A stretch of DNA of 64,000 nt from an uncultured Desulfosarcina sp. (GCA_963674945.2 CAXXWQ010000003.1:1056001-1120000), one strand, 5' to 3'; numbered from the stretch's first letter, positions 1 through 10,087 are shown. Made by a program: numbers and translations. Notes: generated from the letters alone by a model not told the origin.

Positions 1-282
1 ACACGTAACATCATCGAGTTTGATGCTTTGTCGATTGACGGCCCATTCGTAAAAATGGATGTGGGCATCGATGAACCCCGGAACGACGAGCCGGCCACCC
101 AGATCGATGGTTTCGGTATGGGCATCGGCCAAGGCGAGAAGATCGGCATTGCTGCCCACGGCGACGATGGTGTCACCGCCGACGGCCAAGGCCTGTGCTG
201 CCGGCGACGCAATCGCCTGGGTAGCGATGGCGCCGTTGTAGAGAATGATGTCCGGAAATGAGGGAGAACAAGCCATGGCCAT
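1..282 (-). CDS. Amidohydrolase 3 (YtcJ-like) family protein, N-terminal part; runs off window start
   Basis: Not in ORF track. Manual translation from ATG 282: MAMACSPSFPDIILYNGAIATQ...AQALAVGGDTIVAVGSNADL...IDLGGRLVVPGFIDAHIHF; PGFIDxHxH metal-binding motif. Confidence 0.85.
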   Translation of the reverse strand, partial: MAMACSPSFPDIILYNGAIATQAIASPAAQALAVGGDTIVAVGSNADLLALADAHTETIDLGGRLVVPGFIDAHIHFYEWAVNRQSIKLDDVTC

Positions 283-320
283 GACGCAACCTGCCAATCA
301 ATGAAATGACAAGATAGGGG

Positions 321-1358
321 TTACAATAAAAATCCCTCGGGAAAGGGATCGTTCCCATCGACCACGAACCGGTGATATCCGGTAATCTGGGCATTTCCCC
401 GGATCTGCCCCACGATGCCGGTATACGGTCCGATGGCAACGGTTTTGATAATACGTCCCTCGAAGCGGGTACCCAGAGGGCCGGTATTGCCATAAACGTC
501 GCCGACGCCCAGCATCCCTTTGTGGAAAAGCAGGGCCATCTTGGCCGTCGTGCCCGTACCGCACGGGGAGCGGTCCATGTGGGACTCGCCGTAGATAACC
601 ACACCTTTGCCGCCGTCTTCTGAGCCATCCTCATCGTAAAACTCGGTGACATCCACCGTGTTGACTTCCGGCCGTTCGGGGTGATGGACCGAAAGGGTTT
701 TGTTGGCGGCATCGATGATGGCCATTCCCAGGGAAATCAGCTTGCGGCTGTTGGCGGGAATCAGTTCCATGCCGATGGAACTGGCAGACACCATGGCGAA
801 GAATCCACCCACGCAGACCAGGTCGACGGCAATGGTGCCGAAATCGGGAACGTGGATCTTTTGATCTGCATCCAGGACGAATGCGGGTACCATGTCGATG
901 GCCACGGATTCGACACGGCCGGCGGAGATCCGGGTGTGGGCGTCCAATGGGCCGGATGGCGTGTCCACGGTGATTACCGCCTCGCCGGTTTCGGCCGACA
1001 GGATCCCGGTTTCGATGAGGGTGGCCACGGCACCGATGGTGGCATGACCGCACAGATACGGATAACGTCGGGCATCCATGTAGAACAGGCCAAACGCCCC
1101 GTGGTCACTGACCGGCGGAGTGAGAACGGCCGCCATGATGCCGCGGTGCCCCCTTGGTTCACGGGTCAGCAGTTTTCGAATGTGGTCGAATCGGGATTCA
1201 AAATGATCACGCTTGGCCTTCATGGTGTCACCCGGAAGGCTGTCGAATCCGCCGATCAGCAAACGGGTGGGCTCGCCCTGGGTATGTGAATCAATGGTGA
1301 CGATGTGGCTCTGGTAGCGTTCCCAAAACCCCTTTTCTATGCGTTGGTGAATCTCCAT
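321..1358 (-). CDS. Proline racemase / hydroxyproline epimerase family protein
   Basis: IDSHTQGEPTR, EPRGH, LCGH (catalytic Cys 1) and DRSPCGTGT (catalytic Cys 2) motifs. Confidence 0.92.
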   Translation of the reverse strand: MEIHQRIEKGFWERYQSHIVTIDSHTQGEPTRLLIGGFDSLPGDTMKAKRDHFESRFDHIRKLLTREPRGHRGIMAAVLTPPVSDHGAFGLFYMDARRYPYLCGHATIGAVATLIETGILSAETGEAVITVDTPSGPLDAHTRISAGRVESVAIDMVPAFVLDADQKIHVPDFGTIAVDLVCVGGFFAMVSASSIGMELIPANSRKLISLGMAIIDAANKTLSVHHPERPEVNTVDVTEFYDEDGSEDGGKGVVIYGESHMDRSPCGTGTTAKMALLFHKGMLGVGDVYGNTGPLGTRFEGRIIKTVAIGPYTGIVGQIRGNAQITGYHRFVVDGNDPFPEGFLL

Positions 1359-1504
1359 AAAAATCTTTTCTACGCTGGTGCCTGAATTCCTCAGTACCTA
1401 AATCCATATGTATGGTGACACATTGTGATCAAAAATGAAGCCACCACAGTGACGATCTATTTTGCTTTCTTTTCTCTGTGTCCTTGAGGTGAAAGAATAC
1501 GTCT

Positions 1505-2605
1505 TCACGACCTGGCAATGAGATGGCAATGGTGCGGGGCAACCTGTACGCAGACCGTTTCGCCGATTTTGTAGATGTGGGTCCGCATCATGCTGATCAC
1601 GTGGATTTCACGGTGCTCTCCCAGTTCGATGAAGTAGCTGACCTCTCCGCCCATATAGCTGCGATCCTTGATTTTCCCCATGAAATGGTTCGTCCCTTCT
1701 TCGGGTTGAAATTCCGATTGGGGAAAGGCATCGAAACGTTGGGCGCGGACGACCATTTCCACGTGGTCCCCTTTGGTGAACCCACCCTTGTTCTGCGCGA
1801 TCAGCGTGTCTCCGGTTTCGATTCGGACGCGGACATGGTCATCGTCCACGTCGACGACATTTCCTGCGATGAAGTTGGAGTGCCCGAGAAAGTCGGCCAC
1901 GAAATGATTGGCCGGCTCATTGTACACCCATTGGGGGGTGCCTTCCTGCTGTTTTCTCCCGTCCTTCATCACGAGAATCTTGTCGGACATGCTCAGCGCT
2001 TCCCGCTGGTCGTGGGTCACGAAGATGGTCGTCACGCCGAGCATCTGCTGGAGATTGTCCACCTCGCGACGCATCTCTTCCCTCAGGTTCTCATCCAGGG
2101 CCGAAAGCGGCTCGTCCATGAGCAGAACATCCGGTTCGATCACGATGGCGCGCGCCATGGCGATGCGTTGCTGCTGCCCGCCGGAAAGCTGGCTGGGCAT
2201 GCGTCGTTCCACACCGGGCAGGCGCACCATTTCCAGGGCACGAGAAACCTTCTCCCTGATTTCATCTTTCGAGACTTTGCGATACTTCAGGCCGAAGGCC
2301 ACGTTGTCGAAGATGGTCTTATGGGGAAACAGGGCATAATTTTGAAATATCATGCCGAGGTTTCGCTTGTGAATGGGCATATCGTTGACACGCTTTCCGT
2401 TGATCCGGATCTCCCCCTCGGTGGGTTCCTCCAGTCCGGCCACCATGCGCAGCAAGGTGGTCTTGCCGCAACCCGACGGCCCCAGCAGGGTGACCAGCGT
2501 GCCCTCTTCGATATCGAAGTCCATCTTCTCGACCGCAGTAACGCTGCCGAATCGTTTCATTATGCCCTTAAACTGTACCATTGGCTGCTTTGTGCCGTCG
2601 GCCAT
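1505..2605 (-). CDS. ABC transporter ATP-binding subunit, PotA-like
   Basis: Walker A GPSGCGKT, LSGGQQQR signature, LLMDEPLSALD, C-terminal TOBE-like domain. Confidence 0.93.
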   Translation of the reverse strand: MADGTKQPMVQFKGIMKRFGSVTAVEKMDFDIEEGTLVTLLGPSGCGKTTLLRMVAGLEEPTEGEIRINGKRVNDMPIHKRNLGMIFQNYALFPHKTIFDNVAFGLKYRKVSKDEIREKVSRALEMVRLPGVERRMPSQLSGGQQQRIAMARAIVIEPDVLLMDEPLSALDENLREEMRREVDNLQQMLGVTTIFVTHDQREALSMSDKILVMKDGRKQQEGTPQWVYNEPANHFVADFLGHSNFIAGNVVDVDDDHVRVRIETGDTLIAQNKGGFTKGDHVEMVVRAQRFDAFPQSEFQPEEGTNHFMGKIKDRSYMGGEVSYFIELGEHREIHVISMMRTHIYKIGETVCVQVAPHHCHLIARS

Positions 2606-2758
2606 ACTGCCTGTCTCCTTCTATATTGCCTCACGCACCACGTCGCCCGTGTCAACGATCACCCGACCCGTAAGGCAGGTGGTTTGGATATCCGGCCCAT
2701 CGGCCGGATATCCAAAAGCAAAACGCTTACGGATGTAATGCGGTAGTCAATCGTTCGC

Positions 2759-3922
2759 TCAGCTACCGGCTTTGATTCGATCCCACTTCTCGGTCCACTC
2801 CACCTGATGCGCATTCCAGTATGCCGGATCGGCGAACAGATAGCCGTCCAGTTTGCCGGTGGGATCGAATGCCGGCATCTTTTTGATCTTCTCGGTCAGT
2901 TTGACCTTTGTCGGATCCAGGCTGGGTGGATAGTTCTGTCCCTCGGCCACCGCAATGGCCGCGGCCGGTTCCAGCATGAAGTTGAGCAGCTTTTGGGCGA
3001 CGGTAAGATCGGTGCCCTTCAACACGAAGAGATATTCCATCCAGGAGTAGGTACCCTTGGGGGAGAGATAACCGATGGGATGGCCTTCCTGCTGCAACGC
3101 CGCCACGCGCCCGGACCATGCCACCGTGGCATAAATCTCCTCGTTTGCCAGAAGGCTCATCAGTTCGGCCCCGGAACTCCAGTACTTCTTGATCAGGCCG
3201 CGCTGCTCGCGAAGTGCGTCCCACACGGCTTTCAGGTCCTTCATATCGTTGGGGCTCTGTGCCGTGTGCAACGCCGCATACCACATGTTGGTTCGAAAAT
3301 CCCCTCCCCAACTGCCCAGTTTTCCCTTCAGCGTCTTGTCCCACAGCAGGTAAACCCCCAGCTTTTCCGCCCTCTCCTTGCTGATGTGCTTGGTGTTGTA
3401 GGCGATGCCGGTCTGTCCAAGATCATAGGGAACCGCGGACAAGGTCCCCTTGGTGATTTCGCGCAAGGGTTTGATCATGGAAGGCATGACGTTTTTCAAA
3501 TTGGGAATTTGGGATTCATCCAACACCGTCGAAAATCCCAGATCCACATACCGGGCATAGTCGAAAACGGCGCTCAAATGGGCGATATTGAATTCTCCAC
3601 CGGGCGGGAAAGAGGCCTTGACGCGGGTCAGGTAGGAGTTCATATCACCGAACTCTCCATCGATCACTTCGATGCCCGTCGATTTGGTAAAAGGCTGGAA
3701 GGCATACTTTCGGAAGGCTTCGGAGACCGAACCGCCCCACCCGTCGAATCGGATGGATTTGGCTGCCCATGCATCCCTGACGGCGCCAGCGAAGGGCGTG
3801 CCGACCACGCCGAGGCAAGCACCGGCCATTGTCAGGTATTTGAGGAAACAGCGCCGGCTGATTTTGCCTTCCTGATATGCTTCGCGTGCCCGTTTTAGTT
3901 TCTCCGTTGTTACGATTGCCAT
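2759..3922 (-). CDS. ABC transporter substrate-binding protein, PotD/PotF-like, Tat-exported
   Basis: Twin-arginine motif SRRCFLK followed by a hydrophobic stretch and AWA; GWGG, VPYDLGQTGIAYN, AWSGR, LNFMLEP typical of the polyamine-type SBP cluster. Confidence 0.88.
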   Translation of the reverse strand: MAIVTTEKLKRAREAYQEGKISRRCFLKYLTMAGACLGVVGTPFAGAVRDAWAAKSIRFDGWGGSVSEAFRKYAFQPFTKSTGIEVIDGEFGDMNSYLTRVKASFPPGGEFNIAHLSAVFDYARYVDLGFSTVLDESQIPNLKNVMPSMIKPLREITKGTLSAVPYDLGQTGIAYNTKHISKERAEKLGVYLLWDKTLKGKLGSWGGDFRTNMWYAALHTAQSPNDMKDLKAVWDALREQRGLIKKYWSSGAELMSLLANEEIYATVAWSGRVAALQQEGHPIGYLSPKGTYSWMEYLFVLKGTDLTVAQKLLNFMLEPAAAIAVAEGQNYPPSLDPTKVKLTEKIKKMPAFDPTGKLDGYLFADPAYWNAHQVEWTEKWDRIKAGS

Positions 3923-3944
3923 GGGGTCTCCTTTCGGCTGCGGG

Positions 3945-4742
3945 TTAAGGTTTTTCTTTTGAAAATTTTCGGGTCAAATAACCGGCCAGAAGTGGTGTTG
4001 CGATGGTCAAAACGATCATCACCGCACCCAACGCATTGATTTCCGGGCTGATGCTGTTTCTCAACATGCTGAAGATTTTCACCGGAACGGTCTGATTCTG
4101 TGCGGTGGCCCAAAACAAGGTGGCCGTAATATCGTCGAAGGATATGGTAAAAGAGAACAGTGCGCCGGCTAAAATCGCCGGCAACAAAAGGGGTAGCGTC
4201 ACATCCCGAAATGTCTGGAACGCATTTGCGCCCAATGTCTTGGCCGCCTCCTCGTACTCTTTTTTGATTCCCACCAGTCGTGCCTGGACGATGAGAAGAA
4301 CGTAGGGAAGCGTCAACACGACATGCCCGATCAACAAAAGGGCAAAACTCTTCGGCTGCTGAAGCCATCGCAAAAAAAGCAGCAGGGCGACACCGAGCAC
4401 CACCTCCGGGATCATGATGGGCGCCAGCAGCAGGGTGTTGAGGGTGTTCTTGCCCGGAAATTCGAAACGAATAAATGCCAACGCGGCAAGGATGCCGATG
4501 GTCGTTGCAATCAAGGCGGTCAAGGCACCGAGAAGCAGTGAATTTTGAAACGCATCGATGATGGACTCATTTTGGGCGAGTCTGATGAACCAGCGGAAAC
4601 TGAACCCTTCCATGGGAAAAATGCCGAACTGCTTTGGATTGAACGCCAGGACAATGACCACCACGATGGGAACAAACATGAACACGTATACGAGGATCGT
4701 ATAGAGTCGAATCAGTGACCAGCCCGGCGAGAAGTGCTTCAT
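3945..4742 (-). CDS. ABC transporter permease, PotC-like
   Basis: Multiple TM segments, EAA loop EEAAKTLGA, SFTISFDD. Confidence 0.92.
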   Translation of the reverse strand: MKHFSPGWSLIRLYTILVYVFMFVPIVVVIVLAFNPKQFGIFPMEGFSFRWFIRLAQNESIIDAFQNSLLLGALTALIATTIGILAALAFIRFEFPGKNTLNTLLLAPIMIPEVVLGVALLLFLRWLQQPKSFALLLIGHVVLTLPYVLLIVQARLVGIKKEYEEAAKTLGANAFQTFRDVTLPLLLPAILAGALFSFTISFDDITATLFWATAQNQTVPVKIFSMLRNSISPEINALGAVMIVLTIATPLLAGYLTRKFSKEKP

Positions 4743-4745
4743 CGG

Positions 4746-5612
4746 TTAGTTTCCTTGAAAACTCTTGAAGATCTGGTTGATCCCCAGGTATCGGTTGTAG
4801 GTCCACACGATAACAAACAGCAGGGAGAGCAGAATCACACTGATGGCGGAACCAAAGGGCCAGTCCAGGGTGCCGATGACCCGTTTGAAGATGAGGTTGG
4901 CGATCATGTCGTTTCCCGGTCCCCCCAAAATCATGGGCGGCAGATAGGTGCCCGCGGTCAGAACGAAAACCAGCAGGCAACCGGCGCTGACACCGGGAAG
5001 GCTCAATGGCAATGTGACCTCACGAAAGGCCTGCCATTCGGTGCACCCCATGCAACGCGCCGCCTCGAGCAGACTCTTGTCGATCCCCTCCAGGCTCACA
5101 TAGATGTTCAGGATCATGAAGGGCAACAGGTACATGAGCAGTCCCATGAGTACGGTGAACTCGTTGTACAGCATGGAGATGGGCGTTTCGATCAGGCCGA
5201 TGTTGATCAAAACATGGTTGATCAGTCCCGAATCCCCCATGATATTGATCCAACTCATCGTTCGGATAATGAAGCTGACCCAGAAGGGGAGCATGATCAG
5301 GAGAAGAAAAACCTGCTTGTACCGGCTCTGGCTGCGGTAGAAGAAATAGGCGGGAATATAACCCATGACCACACAAAGAATGACGGTTTCAAATGCGACA
5401 CGGATCGTTCGGATGAGAATTTTCGGGTAGAAGAAGTCTTCGAAAAACTTGGCGTAATTGCCCAGCTGAAAAGCGGGGATATCCGCTCCGCTGGGTGCAC
5501 GCAGCCAGAAGCTGTAAACGATGACGAAGCAGACGGGAATCACCAGCAGTAGAAAAACGGCGCTTAAGGAGGGGGCCAGCAATGCCCAGGGTTTCCATCT
5601 GTCAGATTTCAT
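4746..5612 (-). CDS. ABC transporter permease, PotB-like
   Basis: LPFWVSFIIRT, LLEAARCMGC EAA loop, DWPFGSA; ATG at 5612 chosen as start. Confidence 0.92.
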   Translation of the reverse strand: MKSDRWKPWALLAPSLSAVFLLLVIPVCFVIVYSFWLRAPSGADIPAFQLGNYAKFFEDFFYPKILIRTIRVAFETVILCVVMGYIPAYFFYRSQSRYKQVFLLLIMLPFWVSFIIRTMSWINIMGDSGLINHVLINIGLIETPISMLYNEFTVLMGLLMYLLPFMILNIYVSLEGIDKSLLEAARCMGCTEWQAFREVTLPLSLPGVSAGCLLVFVLTAGTYLPPMILGGPGNDMIANLIFKRVIGTLDWPFGSAISVILLSLLFVIVWTYNRYLGINQIFKSFQGN

Positions 5613-5834
5613 GCTTCCCAATCCCGGATAACGAAGTGTGATTCTCTCATAGAAAGTACCCTCGAGGTGCGTATGGTTGACATGGAGAGGATAAGATCTT
5701 TGCGCGTGAAACAGATATCGGAAAAATCAACCATGTCTGAGCGGGTACCGGTAATGGAACCCTACCTGCCCATCTTAAAGTTGTCAAGCTGCCCGCATCC
5801 TCCTTTTTGTTGGGCAGCGTCTTCATTTCTGTTG

Positions 5835-6620
5835 TCATCTGCCATCTTCCGCCGGCAGTAATTTGGAAAGTATACGGGCCGTTTGAACGACCTTGGTCGC
5901 ATAGGCGGCGATGATATGGTCGCCGGAATGCTGCAAAACCGAAAAATCGAAGGATACGGCGCCGACCCCGCTGCCGACGACGGGATCCACCAGTGGCGCT
6001 CCGATGGCCAGCAGGCCGGGAAGATACTCTTCTTCGGAAACGGCATATCCAAGGGATTTCGCCGCCATCAAATCTTCCAGCAATGCCTTTTTGTCCACGA
6101 TGGTTTTGTCTGTCCTGGCCGTTAACGTCAAACGATCGACGACTTCGGCCATCTGTCCGGCCTCGAGGCTGGACAAGTACGCCTTTCCCAGAGCCGTATT
6201 GTGAAGGCAGTGCCTGGAAGCGTCGGGCAGGCGGTAAGTAAGGGTCTCTTGTGCTTCCCGGTGGTAGAGACGCCGGATCGTACCGTCCACGATCAATGCC
6301 ACATCGATGCTGATATTGTTCTCATCGTGAAGCCTGTCCACCGTCGTTTTGATCAGCCGCAGACGATCGGTGGCCTGAATCAGATTGGTACAAAAAAGCA
6401 TGCATAAAAGTGTCGGTCTGATTTTTTTGGTCTTCGGCTCCTTTTCCAGATACCCCAATGCCACTAGTGTATTGATGTAGCGATAGGTCGAGGTCATGTT
6501 CAGCCCCAGTGTTTTGGCAATTTCGCTTTGGGTCAGCACCGGTGTCTCGGCATTGAACAAGGACAGAATTTTCAGCCCTTTTTCCAGAGACTTGGAAAAG
6601 TAGTATTTTCCTTTTGACAT
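5835..6620 (-). CDS. IclR family transcriptional regulator
   Basis: N-terminal HTH SLEKGLKILSLF...SEIAKTLGLNMTSTYRYINTL; C-terminal TALGKAYL and GYAVSEEEYLPGLLAIGAP; ATG 6620 chosen as start. Confidence 0.92.
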   Translation of the reverse strand: MSKGKYYFSKSLEKGLKILSLFNAETPVLTQSEIAKTLGLNMTSTYRYINTLVALGYLEKEPKTKKIRPTLLCMLFCTNLIQATDRLRLIKTTVDRLHDENNISIDVALIVDGTIRRLYHREAQETLTYRLPDASRHCLHNTALGKAYLSSLEAGQMAEVVDRLTLTARTDKTIVDKKALLEDLMAAKSLGYAVSEEEYLPGLLAIGAPLVDPVVGSGVGAVSFDFSVLQHSGDHIIAAYATKVVQTARILSKLLPAEDGR

Positions 6621-6640
6621 TGCCTTCGGGGATGTTTTAG

Positions 6641-6695
6641 ATTTCACTATTATGGAAAATAAATTACTATAATAGTTAAAATGCCATATTGTCAA
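6641..6695. promoter_or_regulatory. Overlapping divergent sigma70-like promoters with a candidate IclR operator
   Basis: Plus strand TATAAT at 6668-6673; minus strand TTGACA(6695-6690)-N18-TATAGT; imperfect palindromes TTTCACTATTATGGAAA and ACTAT-A-ATAGT. Confidence 0.45.
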
Positions 6696-6736
6696 TCTTT
6701 TGTCAAAGGATGATTTTGGCTTGCCGGGAGAGGGTC

Positions 6737-9199
6737 ATGGAACAACAAGAAACCGTTTTAACTGTCGAATACGGCAACTCGGAACAGGTGAACCGGGTGG
6801 CGCTTTCCGAACTGATGGCGGCGCTGACCGACTTCCTCGATCATTTCGTCACCAGGACATTCGTCGGACCGGCGTTTTTCGAAATCATCGAAGCCGGTAT
6901 CGGTCCCTCCAGAATCCAGCGGTTGCTCACCGCCTGTGGATACCCCAAAGATCCAAAGGGGTTTTTCGACAACTTGCTATCACAACTCGGACAGGCCAAT
7001 GGAACGAAAACGATCGTTATCAACGACGTCGTTCTGCCCCATATGCTGCTGGTGGCCATGATGGAGGTAATTCTACCCGGTAACCGCTTCGTCTCCATCA
7101 AGACCGTCGAACAGCTGGAGAAGGAAACCAACACGAAGATACCCGAAGCGGATCGCAACGACATGCAGCAGGTGCTCGACACGTACCCGGTTCGGCTGAG
7201 CATGCACACCATCCGGCAGATGCGGGTATCGGCAAATGTGGCATACCAATACATGCCTTTCGTACAGGAGTTGGATCCCGCCGGACACACCAATACCTGG
7301 ATCGGCCAATTCCATCAGGGGCTTTTGGAACAGATGTACCAGAACCGGGTCATCTTCCTGCTCAACATGAGCTGCCCGGTCTATTGCCGGTTCTGTTTCC
7401 GCAAGCACAAAGAGTCCCGCAACGAGGCAAACCCCACACCTGGCGACGTAAATCAAGCCGTCGCGCACGTGAAAAATTCGCCGACCATCAAAGAGATCGT
7501 AATCACCGGCGGCGACCCCTTCATAAACCACAAAAACATGGCTACCGCCATCGATGGCCTGATGGAAATCGAACACGTACAGTCCCTGCGGCTGGCGACG
7601 CGGTCCATCTCCTATTATCCGCACATGTTTTTGTCCGACGACGGTGCACTGCTGCGGTATCTCAAACGAAAGAGCCTGGAGCTTCAGGAACGGGGCAAAC
7701 GGATGGAAGTGGCCACCCATTTCATTCATCCCGATGAAATCTCCCCCCAGAGCCTGATGATCATTTCCGACCTGGTGAAAAACGGAATCGCCGTGTATGT
7801 CCAGACCCCGTTCTTGAAAGACTGCAACGACAAGGGACCGGAGTTGGTCCGGCTGTTTGGAATGCTTCGTGGCGCGGGTGCGGAGCTTCATTACATCTAT
7901 ATTCCGTGCAGCCCCATCCATGGAAACACCATCTACTGGGCGCCAATCGCAAATGGCCTTGCCGCAGGCAATTACCTGCGTGCCCATCTGTCCGACCGTG
8001 TGATCCCGCGGATCTGCACGGCGACGCCCATTGGCAAGATGGACTGGCACACCAGCGGGTGGGCCGTGGAACCGGTTGCCGGCAACGAAAACTTCATGTG
8101 GATCAGAAGTCCTTACACACCGGACTACTTCAAACGGTTCGCCCCCATTGCCAACGAGTTGGAAAACATCCGCGTAAACGCAGAGGGGACCATCGATATT
8201 CAGTATATGGCCCGAATCGGAGACGAGTCTTTGTTTCTCGGTCCTCGTCCCGTCGAAGCAAAAGGCGGCCGGATCCGAAAACAGGAAAACAAGGATGAAG
8301 TGACGCCCCTTTTGCAAACATGTTCCGGCATCGCAACATCCATCGTCCCGACCGGATCCGAATCCATCGCAAGGGTCCACGAAACAAGGGTCGAAATCGA
8401 TGCCGCGGCAACAGATGAGGATATCGCCTATATCCGTCGAGACGCTCATATTACCGATGTGGTGATTGTTTCCCGAACAGATGCCATCGACGTGCTGAAT
8501 GGCGTCAAACGGATCGTCCGGGAGTTGGAGCAGATCCCCCATGTGAACGCGGTACGGCTTCGCAGCCCCCATTTCAATTCTTTTCCGGGACGATACACGC
8601 CGGCCGTCGTCGATGCCCTCGGTGCGATGAACCGGCTGACCATGGTCAACCCGCTTCGCCTGGAGATCGAGGCCCAGTTTCTGGTGGCCGATGAAGTCGG
8701 CCCCGTCCATGGGCGGCTGACCCGGCAGTTGAATAACAGGGGAATTACGGTCTATTGCAACACACCGTTGTTGGGTGGAATCAACGACACGCCTTCGGCC
8801 ATCCATGAACTGGCCTATGCCTGCCGCCAGGCCGGAATCGAATTTCACCACCTCTATGTCGCCGGACTGGCCGTCCAGGAGCAGTGGAACGGCAAACACC
8901 CGGTGCACCTTTCCGACGTCATCGACATCGCCACACGGGTGCGCCGCGAGGGCAGCGGACGGGAGATACCCCGTTACATTGTCCGCACCATCCTCGGCGA
9001 GGTGGATTTCGGACTTTCATCGACCATTGAAGGGCGGGGGCCCGACCTTTCCGTCAAACTGATGCCCTACGATCTGGCATATTTCGACCGTATGGCAAAG
9101 GGTTTTGCCTGGCCATCCGGAGTACAAACCGATTCTGACGGAAAACCCATCGTTGCCGTTACCGGCCTGCGAAAAAACACCGATTTCGCACTATGTTAG
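6737..9199 (+). CDS. KamA/lysine-2,3-aminomutase-like radical SAM protein with a second, degenerate KamA-like domain
   Basis: GLLEQMYQNRVIF, CPVYCRFCFRK, ITGGDP, RLATR, THFIHPDEI, QTPFLKDCND, PIGK. The C-terminal half repeats the fold (AVRLRS, NTPLLGGINDT, EIPRYIV) without CxxxCxxC. GGAG upstream of ATG 6737. Confidence 0.88.
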   Translation: MEQQETVLTVEYGNSEQVNRVALSELMAALTDFLDHFVTRTFVGPAFFEIIEAGIGPSRIQRLLTACGYPKDPKGFFDNLLSQLGQANGTKTIVINDVVLPHMLLVAMMEVILPGNRFVSIKTVEQLEKETNTKIPEADRNDMQQVLDTYPVRLSMHTIRQMRVSANVAYQYMPFVQELDPAGHTNTWIGQFHQGLLEQMYQNRVIFLLNMSCPVYCRFCFRKHKESRNEANPTPGDVNQAVAHVKNSPTIKEIVITGGDPFINHKNMATAIDGLMEIEHVQSLRLATRSISYYPHMFLSDDGALLRYLKRKSLELQERGKRMEVATHFIHPDEISPQSLMIISDLVKNGIAVYVQTPFLKDCNDKGPELVRLFGMLRGAGAELHYIYIPCSPIHGNTIYWAPIANGLAAGNYLRAHLSDRVIPRICTATPIGKMDWHTSGWAVEPVAGNENFMWIRSPYTPDYFKRFAPIANELENIRVNAEGTIDIQYMARIGDESLFLGPRPVEAKGGRIRKQENKDEVTPLLQTCSGIATSIVPTGSESIARVHETRVEIDAAATDEDIAYIRRDAHITDVVIVSRTDAIDVLNGVKRIVRELEQIPHVNAVRLRSPHFNSFPGRYTPAVVDALGAMNRLTMVNPLRLEIEAQFLVADEVGPVHGRLTRQLNNRGITVYCNTPLLGGINDTPSAIHELAYACRQAGIEFHHLYVAGLAVQEQWNGKHPVHLSDVIDIATRVRREGSGREIPRYIVRTILGEVDFGLSSTIEGRGPDLSVKLMPYDLAYFDRMAKGFAWPSGVQTDSDGKPIVAVTGLRKNTDFALC

Positions 9200-9353
9200 T
9201 GTCCGTCCAGAAATAGGAAAATTTGGTCGAGATCGAGGCGCACGAAAAATTTTACCGCAGACATTTGTTGATATTTCGAGGAAAAAATTTTTCGCGCAAC
9301 AAAGATATCGGGCAAATTGGACATTTCTGTATGGTCACTTGTTAGGAGGCGTG

Positions 9354-10019
9354 ATGTACTACCCATTCTGTCTGTTTGGCCATAAAATCGATCATCGCCC
9401 CGTGTTTACCGGTCTTACGGGCGATCCGTTCGTCGCGGATCTCTCGCCGGACAGCCTGTTTCTTACGGGAATGGACGTACGGGACCAGAGGGCTTTTCAG
9501 CACCGTCTGGAAAACGAAATGGGGACGAAGTACCAGTGGGGATTCGCACCCTATCTGGAGCGGCGCGATGCCCTGCTGAAAGATTGCCCCCAGATGGTGG
9601 CCGAAAGACGATTCATTCACCTGGGACTGGATGTCATCGTGGCCTTGGGAACGCCTCTTCATGCACCACTGGATGCAATCGTGGCCGAAAGCGGATATGA
9701 GCGTGGAGAGGGGAACTACGGTGGATACGTCCTATTGCGTCATACAAGTGCCGGTTTCAAGACCTTTTTCAGTTTTTATGGCCACCTTCGCAAGGATCAC
9801 CTGCCGACAGAGGGTACCGTCTTTCCGGCGGGGACACAATTTGCCGAAATCGGCGATTTCCACGAAAACGGCAACTGGTTTCATCATACCCACATTCAGG
9901 TGATCACTGAAAGGGGCATTGATGAAGGATACCTGTCAAAAGGGTACTGCTCACGAGCGGACCTTTGGAAGATCAACGATCTGTGCCCGTCCCCCCTTCC
10001 CCTTTTCAAGCGGGGATAA
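9354..10019 (+). CDS. M23 peptidase-like domain protein, no signal peptide
   Basis: IHLGLD (HxxxD), GTPLHAPLDA, GNYGGYVLLRH, FYGHL, ENGNWFHHTHIQ (HxH); AGGAGG upstream of GTG/ATG. Confidence 0.8.
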   Translation: MYYPFCLFGHKIDHRPVFTGLTGDPFVADLSPDSLFLTGMDVRDQRAFQHRLENEMGTKYQWGFAPYLERRDALLKDCPQMVAERRFIHLGLDVIVALGTPLHAPLDAIVAESGYERGEGNYGGYVLLRHTSAGFKTFFSFYGHLRKDHLPTEGTVFPAGTQFAEIGDFHENGNWFHHTHIQVITERGIDEGYLSKGYCSRADLWKINDLCPSPLPLFKRG

Positions 10020-10087
10020 CAGGTAATCTCTTGCGCCGTGCCCTGTCCGGCGTTCCATCGATGCCGGCAAGGCACGACCACCGCGCC

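Noticed and set aside
7073..8908. Long antisense ORFs (this 611-aa one; also 1523-2746, 2807-3898, 56390-57475 and others)
   Set aside because: Shadow frames opposite well-supported genes in GC-rich coding DNA, with no recognisable motifs
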